This document shows positions 54,147 through 64,000 of a stretch of 64,000 bases of DNA, in pieces (position 1 is the first letter of the stretch; each line of letters starts with the position of its first letter). The notes under the pieces are model-generated. The model made no database searches. It worked only from the letters and a program-made list of their open reading frames with translations, and was not told where the DNA came from. A program made the translations under genes and the position numbers. Source of the stretch: Octopus vulgaris (taxonomy: Eukaryota); the NCBI GenBank assembly GCA_951406725.2, contig OX597834.1:42718001-42782000 (forward strand). The letters run 5' to 3'.

Positions 54147-54147
54147 G

Positions 54148-54178
<31 letters not shown>

Positions 54179-54400
54179 ATGTGTGTGTGTTTGTGTGTCT
54201 GTGTTTGTCCCCCTAGCATTGCTTGACAACCGATGCTGGTGTGTTTACGTCCCTGTCAATTAGCGGTTCGGCAAAAGAGACCGATAGAATAAGTACTGGG
54301 CTTACAAAAGAATAAGTCCCGGGGTCGAGTTGCTCGACTAAAGGCGGTGCTCCAGCATGGCCGCAGTCAAATGACTGAAACAAGTAAAAGGGTAAAAGAG
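53820..54400. mobile_element. Divergent SINE-B fragments: - strand tail (53820-54000) and + strand body/tail (54061-54400)
   Basis: Both match the SINE-B consensus of this window. Confidence 0.8.
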
Positions 54401-54428
54401 TATATATGCATACAAACACTGACACACA

Positions 54429-54474
<46 letters not shown>

Positions 54475-55199
54475 TATATGCTGACGTATGTGTGAATGTG
54501 AGTATTGAAAAATATGTGAGTATTGAAAAATATGTGAGTATTGAAAAAATAAATTACTGCGTTCTATATTTATCCGAGTTCTCATGAAATCTCTACAAAA
54601 CAAGAGAACACGTTACTAAATTATATCGACAGACAACATACGTTCATCACAAAACAAAATTAATCACTTGATTGATGCGCAGACGTGCTATAAATCCGAA
54701 TATCATAAAACCCAGTTTTGGCGGTAGCGATGCTTGTAGCAATGACATTGATGTTAGTTATTAGGAGAAGACAGTAACACCTGCCATCAACACTTTAACT
54801 GGAGAAACAAAGACTTTGATCTATAAAACATTGATGCTGGCTTAGATTATTGACTGAAGAACTTTACTCTTCCAAATTCGCTCCGAAGAAACCAAGGAAA
54901 ACGTGAAACATGAAAGAGAATCAAATTTTGTTTTTGCTTGCAATAAATCAATTGATGGGAAGGCACGTGGCTCAATGGTTAGGGGTAATTGGCTCACAGT
55001 CGTAAGGTCGCGTGTTTGATTTCTGACGGTGTGTTTTGTCCTTTTAAGAGAGACACTTTATTTCACGTTGCTCCAGTCCAGGCAGCGAGCAAATGTGGGT
55101 TAAACCTGTAATTCAAAGGGCCAGCTTTGTCACATTCAGCGTCAAGCTGTATCTCCCTGAAAACTGCATTAGGGGTATGCGTGTCTGTAGAATGCTCAG

Positions 55200-55657
55200 T
55201 GGCGAACTGGCAGAAACGTTAGCACGCCGGGCGAAATGCTTAGCGGTATTTCGTCTGCCGCGACGTTCTGAGTTCAAATTCCGCCGAGCTCGACTTTGCC
55301 TTTCACTGGGGTCGATGTAATCGACTTAATCCGTTTGTCTGTCCTTTTTTTGTCCTCTCTGTGTTTAGCCCCTTGTGGGTAGTAAAGAAATAGGTATTTC
55401 GTCTGCCGCTACGTTCTGAATTCAGAACCCGCCGAGGTCGACTTTACCTTTCAACCTTTCGGGGTAGATAAATTAAGAACCAGTTACGCACTGGATTACA
55501 TCGACCCTAGTGCTCAACTGGCACACATTTCATCAACCCCGAAGGGATGAAAGGCAAAGTCGACCTCGGCGGAATTTGAACTCAGAACGTAACGGCAGAC
55601 GAAATACCGCTAAGCATTTTGCCCGGCGTGCTAACGTTTCTGTCAGATCGCCGCCTT
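55200..55657. mobile_element. Convergent SINE-A pair (+ dimer 55200-55495; - copy 55500-55657)
   Basis: GGCGAACTGGCAGAAACGTTAGC at the start and its reverse complement GCTAACGTTTCTGTCAGATCGCCGCCTT at the end. Confidence 0.85.
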
Positions 55658-56274
55658 CTGGTGACAAATATAGATACCTCAGACAAGACGAGATTGTCAG
55701 ATACGATGGACCCACAAATAGGAAGAGGACAAGAAATGTACACTTCAGTAGAGTAAAGAGAATATTTCCATCAAACTCTCAGCTTACAACAAGCATATTG
55801 CCCACAACATCGTTTCAGAGGGCCTGACTTCATGCCTCCGTCTGCCCCCCTGAAATGGTCACGACAAGCGCTTAATGAGATAAATGTTCGAAGTCACATA
55901 CTGTTCAGTGTTACACGAAACTTGAACATCAATGGTAATGTAAACGGGTTTTCGTCCTTTCGAGGTCGATAAAATAAGCTCGTGCTGAACACTGGTGACA
56001 ATGTAATCGACTCACCCCCTCCTCCGATGCTGCTGATTTTGTACCAAAAATTTGAAGCCAGTATAAAATTTTCTTTTCATAAGTCCCAAGTTACTTTAAT
56101 GGTTGAAAAAAAAATTGGGAATTTGTCACATGCATGGACGCCTGGGAAATATGTCTTGTTTGTCACATGTGACACAAAGGGCAAGCAAAAGTAAAGAAAG
56201 TAGGAGGGGTTGCACGGAGAATTGCCTGCTACACCCAGCATATCAAGCGCCAGTGAAGAATCACTTTTGTTACC

Positions 56275-56646
56275 CTTTTACTCTTTTACTTGTTTCAGCA
56301 CCGCCTTTATAGTCGAGCTAATCGACCCCAGAACTTATTCTTTGCAAGCCTAGTACTTATCCTATCGGTATCTTTTGCCGAACCGCTAAGTTACGGGGAC
56401 GTAAACACACTAACATCGGTTGTCAAGCGATGCTGGGTGGGTGGGTGTGACAAACATACACAATCATACAAACACACACATATACATATGCGATTGGCTT
56501 CTTCCAGTTTCCGTCTACCAAATTCACTCATAAGGCTTTGGTCAGCCCGAGGCTATAGTAGAAGACAATTGCCCAAGATGCCCTGCAGTGGGACTGAGGC
56601 CAGGACCATATGGTTGGTAAGCAAGCTACTTACCACACAGCCACTC
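56275..56646 (-). mobile_element. SINE-B
   Basis: Reverse-strand tail, body and head. Confidence 0.85.
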
Positions 56647-56879
56647 GTAATAATAAATATGAAGGTGAGATGTGTGAAGGCATATCAAATTATATATGCT
56701 GGTAATTAATGTGTGTTTATGTAAGTGGTACCATGTTTAATAGAGAGGGGAGGGGGGCACATGAAATAGTTAATTAGTGGTAATTATTTGGTGCGTCAGA
56801 TAGTTATAGAGACATTATGCGGGAGGCATTGCGTACACCAACGGACACATATACTTGTATATGAACGCACACAAACACA

Positions 56880-56978
<99 letters not shown>

Positions 56979-57167
56979 GTATATATATATGTATATATAT
57001 ATATATACGTGTGTATATATATGTATGTACATATATATATATATGTATGTATATATATATACGTATGTATATATATGTATATATATATGTATATATGTAT
57101 ATATATATACGTATATATATGTATATATATACATATATATATGTAGATATAGATATATTTGTGTGTG

Positions 57168-57198
<31 letters not shown>

Positions 57199-58048
57199 AT
57201 GTATGTATCTGGGCACATTGTTTTTCTCCGTATATATTTAAATGTGTATGTGTAACACTGTACATGTGTGTGTAGGTGTGTATATGTGTGTGTGATGTAT
57301 GCATATGTGCGTGTGTGCTTATATGTTTATGCAACTTATTGGCACGCCATTTCAGTTTAATTAAAGTTCTGCCTTAATATCATCACAGTATCTCTAATGA
57401 AACAATCACAATACGATGACCTGTCAATAAATTTTGAATATTTCATGAAATATCTAACAATACATTCCATATATCTTTAAATTCTCTTTAATGATGGAAC
57501 GAAGCTGGGAATATTACCATTAAAATTGATAACTCTTTAAAGATGAAGGAGATCTGAAGAGATTTTCCAAGTTGATAGGGGAGACTTCGTTGCTTTTAAA
57601 ACTTTTAGAATTAATAGAGCTTATAAGTGTGGTATCTGTGATATATCTGCGATATATCTGATGAAAAGACGATATTTTAATTATATTATACGTTATACGA
57701 ATTAGATACTGTATGGTATATAATTACTTTTCGGGTAGTGTTGATCGATAAAGCAAACGGACAGCCGAGGCTTGTTTAAAGGTTAGAATGTTAAAACAAT
57801 AATTACAGTGAATAAGTGTTTGTTTAACCGACCATCTAGGAGACTTCTCGTGAAAGGCTTTCCAGCCGTGACGTTACAGTATGTTTCTTTTTAAATATTT
57901 TCATCTTCCAAGAAAGAAATACAGTTCAAATTTAAGGGATATTTGGCTGCTAATCATAGCAGATAAAGCAACTGCCAAAACTCATATTCGCTTTCTGACT
58001 TGGGCTCATAGCTAGCTTCGTTAGGCTGCATTTTATTGGTGTTTGTTG

Positions 58049-58085
<37 letters not shown>

Positions 58086-58104
58086 AATGATTATTAATAT
58101 TGTT

Positions 58105-58820
58105 AAGGATGTGTGCTGGAGGAATTGTTAGCGCTGGGTAAATTGCTTAGCGGCATTTCGTTCGTATTCACGTTGTGAGTTCGAATTTCGCCGAGGTCGA
58201 CTTTGCCTATCATCCCTTCGGGGTCAATAAAATAAGTACCAGTTGAATACTGATGTCGATGTTATCGATTCATCCCCACCTCCCCCAAGCTGCCCTTGTG
58301 GCAAAAATTTGAAATAATAATAATAATAATAACAATAATAGTAGAGTAGTAATAATTATTTTTATTGTTATTGTTGTTGTTATTATTATTATTATTATTG
58401 TCAAGCCTTGGAACTGGAACAATCGTCAGCACACCGGGCATAAATATTTAGCGGCAATTCGTCCGTATTCATGTTGTGGGTTCGAATTTCGCCGAGGTTG
58501 CCTTTGCCTTTCATGCATTCGGGGTAATCAAATTAAGTACCAGTTGAACACTGGAGTTGACGTAATCAACTTATCACTTCACTCTGCCCTGACTTGCGGG
58601 CCTTGTGCCCAAATTCGAAATCATTATTATTTAGAACGGCCTTGCTTTTGTTTTTGAGTTCTGAATTGCCTTTCTTTCTGAGATTCTGAGTTCAAATCTT
58701 GCTTTTGCTTCTGAGTTCAAAACCTGCTGTGGACAACTTTGGCTTTCATGTTTCCGGGGATGATAAACTAATGTACCAGCGACCCCTCAAAATTACTGGT
58801 ATTGTACCTAAATTAGGAAC
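58105..58820 (+). mobile_element. Three diverged SINE-A monomers separated by (TTA)/(TAA) tracts
   Basis: GCCGAGGT(C/T)G(A/C)CTTTGCCT...AAGTACCAGTTGA at about 58190 and 58490; a weaker copy at about 58720. Confidence 0.7.
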
Positions 58821-59353
58821 AATACTTATAAATGTTTCTTCGCGATGAGAAATCGATCAAGGGCCAATACCATCGTGAGCCTCTTCTAAGTACTTTTCTG
58901 AGGTTCTTTAGTAGAGCTCTCTCTTGTCTCGACTTCCTTTTCATACAAAATCGTATCGATTCTAATGTAATAGATTTTTTCAATGTTGGCCACCATCTGT
59001 TGTTGACAATCTACCCCCGTAAAATCATGCTTATCTAATTTTCCAATCCGGTTTGTGTAAAGTTCTCGCGCTGGGAAACATGCTTTCAGCCTTCAGCAAC
59101 CGAGTCCCTGCCTGTGAAATCTATCAAAGTCTATTGTACTGATCAGAAAGTTGTGGTCTACGTAGCCGACGATTCTAAAATGTGTATACTCTGCTATCCT
59201 TATCTACTGATGTACTCACACGCAGAGAAATACATCTACACACCTCCATGTACATACATGTACACACACATGTACAGAATCATAAATGGACCGCATTTAC
59301 ATACACAATTCTTACCGACATGAAAAGCCATGTATATACTTATATATGCATGC

Positions 59354-59391
<38 letters not shown>

Positions 59392-59744
59392 TTTGGGTAT
59401 GGTAGATGATTTCAGCAAAAATTTAAATTCAGATGAATATGGTACTTAAGCTGAGGCACGGGAATTTAGTACGGTATTATCCATACAATGTCAAAATGAG
59501 GTGATTCAAATCAAAATAAGCAACAAGGATATCTAGAGGTAATGCAGTACGATCGTTTCATGCAACTTAAATAGAGTTGCATGAAATGTTTGTAGGAGAT
59601 TGGAATAATATGTCCTGTCGAGCTTCTACAGAAAGTTTGCCTCTTAGGGACAGGAAAGATTACCAAGAAGTTCTTAAGCATTTGAAAGACTATTCAAAGA
59701 TTGTAGGTGCAGAAGTTTAAAGGTCGCACTCCCCACCGATAGTA

Positions 59745-60306
59745 CCAGGCAGTGGTTCTCGTGGTTTCTGATCTTAACTGATTGGAAGTGATATCATGTG
59801 CATTGTTTTGTCTTGGTATAAAAGATGGTCTACAGCAAATATTCTGCTCAATACCACAGATTTGCTTGTCAATTGTTTGACCTTAACCAGTTGAGCGTGT
59901 CCCTTAGTGGCTGACGATGTATGCATCTCTGATCATGAGCAGAATTAATGGGGGAGCATCAGAGCCATGTGTTGAGAGGGATTGTTTGGGGTTTGGATAA
60001 TCCACCTTTAGAAACATGGGTGTTTCGTTCATCATCCTTAAACATTCCTTATTCAGGAACCTTTTGAGCGGGATGGGCTACTCGACCAGAAGAAAATTCT
60101 AGCTGGGCCCCACCTGCAAGGTCATGTGCTGTTTATCTTGATATGAGATCACCATGTCACGCACATATGGTTGTCTATGCACGTGCCTGGTGTACCCTTA
60201 TCAGACGGATAGTCACGATGGGTATACTGGGCTTCGTATATTTTACCCCATTGTCACTTTGATGGCATGCACTGCTCTCTCACTCAATAATGATAATAAT
60301 AATAAT
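59745..60306 (+). mobile_element. Non-LTR retrotransposon 3' UTR ending in a (TAA)n tail
   Basis: Ends ...GATGGCATGCACTGCTCTCTCACTCAATAATGATAATAAT; a second diverged copy lies at 25385; no RT ORF is present. Confidence 0.6.
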
Positions 60307-60309
60307 ATC

Positions 60310-60880
60310 AATCCTTTCTACTATAGGTACCAAGGTTTAAATTTTGGGGTAGGGTGCCAGTCGATTACATCGATCCTTGTGATCAACTGGTACTTACTTC
60401 ATCAACACCGAAATGATGAAAACACAATGTTGACCTCGGCGGAATTTGAACTCAAAACGTAATGAGAGGCAAAATACCGCTAAGCATTTTACCCGGCCTG
60501 GTAACGAGTCTGCCATCAACGAGTCTGCCATCAACGAGTCTGCCATCAACGAGTCTGCCATCAACGAGTCTGCCACAAGGACGGAGATTTTAGGTGGTGG
60601 TGAATGCGGGTTAGTCGATTAGGGAGACCCCAGTGCAAACTGGTACTTATTTCATCAGACCCGAGAGGATGAATCTCCATCTCGGCGGAATTCGAACTTA
60701 GAACTACAACTCAAAGACAGACAAATTGCTTAACCACATTAGTAGTAGTAGTAATGGCTTCACATATTGGCAGACGGTCAGTAATTTCGAGGTGGATTGA
60801 CCCCAGTGTTCAATTGCTAGTATTTTATGGATTCCGCGAGGACGAAAGCCTAAGTCGACCTCGGCGGAATTTGAACTTAC
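60310..60880 (-). mobile_element. Three tandem diverged SINE-A copies, with a 15-bp x5 repeat in the first head
   Basis: CTCGGCGGAATT(T/C)GAACT at about 60435, 60681 and 60860. Confidence 0.75.
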
Positions 60881-61139
60881 ACACAGGCACGTACGCGCGC
60901 ACACACACACTCACTCACGCCCCCCACACATATAAAAATAATAATATTAATAATAATAGTAATTTAAATAAGAAAAGGAACAGTCAAATTGACATTGCCT
61001 GCCTGTCTGTCTGTTTGTCCATCTATCTATCTATCAATCAATCAATCTAGCTGAAAACACTCGCTCACATTCACATATCTATCCATCTCTCCCTTTTTCT
61101 CTGTTTGTATGTATGTATGTATGTATGTATGCATGTATG

Positions 61140-61185
<46 letters not shown>

Positions 61186-61291
61186 TTTATATATGCAGGT
61201 GTTTATGTGAGTGTGCGTATATCTATCTATCTATCTATCTGCCTACCTACCTACCTACCCACCCACCCACTCATCCATCCATCCATCTATC

Positions 61292-61347
<56 letters not shown>

Positions 61348-61777
61348 ATCTATCTATCTATATCTATCTATCTAGACGGATAAATATGTGTATAAATACG
61401 CGAGTGAATGCCTGTAGAACTTTCGGACGGTCATAGGCTGCTGTTTCTAGCCGACGAAGCGACCAAGTCACGTAGACAGGTGTCGCGCTAGATATACACG
61501 TTATAACATCCTGTATAGAAGCAGTCCGGTGGACGTGTTGGTGTGTGGGCGTGCGGCAGATATATAGGTGAGTGTATTAATGAAAGGTGTACTTTACACA
61601 GCATCATGTATACTGGTTGATTAATTAATTTTATACACGTCAACAATGAATTAATTAATTACTCTTAAACAGCTTATTTCCTGCAAGATTATCTTCTGAT
61701 AAAGAATATCGGCTTAAAACTATCATTAGTCTGCTCATTAGAAATAGTCTGGAGTACAGTGGTTGCAATTGCTCCAG

Positions 61778-61818
61778 CACGCACACACACAAGCACACAC
61801 ACACACACGCACGCACAC

Positions 61819-61880
<62 letters not shown>

Positions 61881-61949
61881 AGACACAGACACACACACAC
61901 ACACACGCACACACACACACACGCACGCACACACACACACACACACGAT

Positions 61950-61989
<40 letters not shown>

Positions 61990-62237
61990 TCACATGCACA
62001 CTCACACACACACACGCACACACACACATACACTCGCACACACATGCATTCATATACAGGTGCGCGCAAGTGCAAACATACACATACACACACATGCGCA
62101 CACACACAGACATTTGTACACACACATGAATGTACACATGTACACATGCATGCCCCCACATGCAAACATACATGAACGAGCCACATGAACAGAATTCCGC
62201 TCGACATGAAGAACCATGTATATATATATTTATATGT

Positions 62238-62268
<31 letters not shown>

Positions 62269-62311
62269 TATATATATGTGTATATATATATGTGTATATA
62301 TATATATATAT

Positions 62312-62388
<77 letters not shown>
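61778..62388. repeat. (CA)n and (TA)n compound microsatellites
   Basis: Direct reading. Confidence 0.9.
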
Positions 62389-62389
<1 letters not shown>

Positions 62390-62393
<4 letters not shown>

Positions 62394-63090
62394 CTGCTGT
62401 AGGGACAAGGTCCGAAATTTTGGGGGAGGTGGGGCCAGTTGATTAAGTTTCTCCCCAGTATGCAACTGGTATTAAATTTATCGACCCCGAAAGGATGAAA
62501 GGCAAAGTCGACCTCGGCAGAATTTGAACTCAGAACGTAAAGACAGACGAAATACCTATTTCTCTACTACTCACAAGGGACTAAACACAGAGAAGACAAA
62601 CAAGGACAGACAAACGGATAAAGTCGATTATATCGACCTCAGTGCGTAATTGGTACTTAATTTACTGACCCCGAAAGAATGAAAGGCAAAGTCGACCTCG
62701 GCGGAATTTGAACACAGAGCGTATCGGCAGACGAAATACCTATTTCTTTACCACCCATAAGGGGCTAAACGCAGAGAGGACAAACAAGGACAGACAAAGG
62801 GATTAAGTCGATTATATCGACCCCAGTGCGTAATTGGTACTTAATTTATCGACCCCGAAAGGATGAAAGGCGAGCTGGCAGAATCGTTTGCACGCAGAGC
62901 GAAATTCTTAGCGGTGTTTCGCCTGCCGTTACGTTCTGAGTTCAAATTCCGCCGAACTGAACTTTGCCTTTCATCCTTTCGGGGTCGATTAAATAAGTAC
63001 CAGTTACGCACTGGGGTCGACTTAACCCCTTTGTCTGTCCTTGTTTGTGCCCTCAAAGTTTAGTCCCACTGTGGGCAATAAAGAAATAGA
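62390..63090. mobile_element. SINE-A multimer on - strand (62390-62870) fused to a + strand SINE-A monomer (62868-63090)
   Basis: The junction GGATGAAAGGCGAGCTGGCAG shares AAGGC between the two orientations. Confidence 0.85.
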
Positions 63091-64000
63091 TATCTTGTCA
63101 ACTCCCTTCCGTATAAAATTGGCTGCAAATGGCCTTCAACCTGGAACCTATCTCTCACCAGTGGCTTGAAGAAGCATCTGGGTCTGGCAGGGAATCATCC
63201 GCTTGTTAGGCTGGTGAAACCAGGCTGAAAGCAGCGGAACACATTTTAAAATTTAGATGTAGGTATTTAAGGCCCTTTCATCCAATATATGTAAAGTCTA
63301 AATTTCTAGGGGACTGTGCAGAAGAAATTCGATCGTCAAGTCTTAACCATTATACAATATCGAATATTATATCCGTGGGGCATGTTGTTCAGAGTTCACC
63401 GAAATCAATAGAACGCCTTACTCTTAATTCTTCTCTGCTATTCCTCCAATCAATTATGCCAGCCTTGCAATTGATCTAGGAATTAGGGGATGAGAGGAAA
63501 GATAATTGACAGATGTCGCCCTACACCCCTATAACCCAGGGTCAGCAAAACCGCAGCACACAAGGGAAGCTTTTGATCAGAGCAGTCAAGGTTTCACACC
63601 CGTCTGCGGCAGTGAAATTCCATTACTTTTGTAGTCGCATCACGTTTAAGGTGCAGTAGAAGCGGAAGATGCATCAAACCGGCGACTGGTTTGCATGACC
63701 GCATGACTGCATGATCTGCTGTTGATATTCTTTAACAATTGCATTCGGCGTTGTTCATCTTTGCAAACGATGGAAGAAAAAGCATGTAATGTTTTGAAAG
63801 CAGTTCCAATCAAAAGCAATCTATTTGAACATGTTATCATTTCAGTAAGTCTGCTCTCTTCAATTAGATATCGTTCGGTTATTTATTGTAGAAAAAGTAC
63901 GCCAGGTATAAATCGTTAAACATAACGATGTCCAGCGTTTATCTCTTCTCTAAGTGTTTATGTAACTGTGAGGGCCACACTGCTGTGGAACGGAGCTCTT

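Noticed and set aside
63538-64000. Possible hAT transposon end and decayed coding sequence
   Set aside because: Only a loose CAGGG-TCAGCAAA TIR resemblance; no convincing transposase motif could be read.

Overview
This is AT-rich, non-coding eukaryotic DNA. The SINE and LINE-tail families look like those of octopus (coleoid cephalopod); this is inferred from recognising the repeats, not from a database search. No intact protein-coding gene is supported, and almost all ORFs in the track are translations of (TA)n, (CA)n, (GTA)n or (TATG)n microsatellites or of SINEs. The window holds three abundant tRNA-derived SINE types (called SINE-A, -B and -C here), a decayed mariner transposase, LINE 3' ends, and a zone of serial tandem duplications at about 32.5-43.6 kb (268-, 302-, 144- and 184-bp units plus a 2.8/2.2-kb duplication). 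Three signals stand out. (1) At least eight minimal or degenerate hammerhead-ribozyme motifs of Penelope/retrozyme type occur, several with palindromic stem III. They sit in short non-coding elements mostly lodged in TA/CA microsatellites and often form inverted pairs. (2) A near-perfect foldback with 308-bp arms continues into an intron-bearing segment. (3) SINE-A and a LINE-like 3' end form head-less tandem multimers with fixed junctions and a shared 3' tail.
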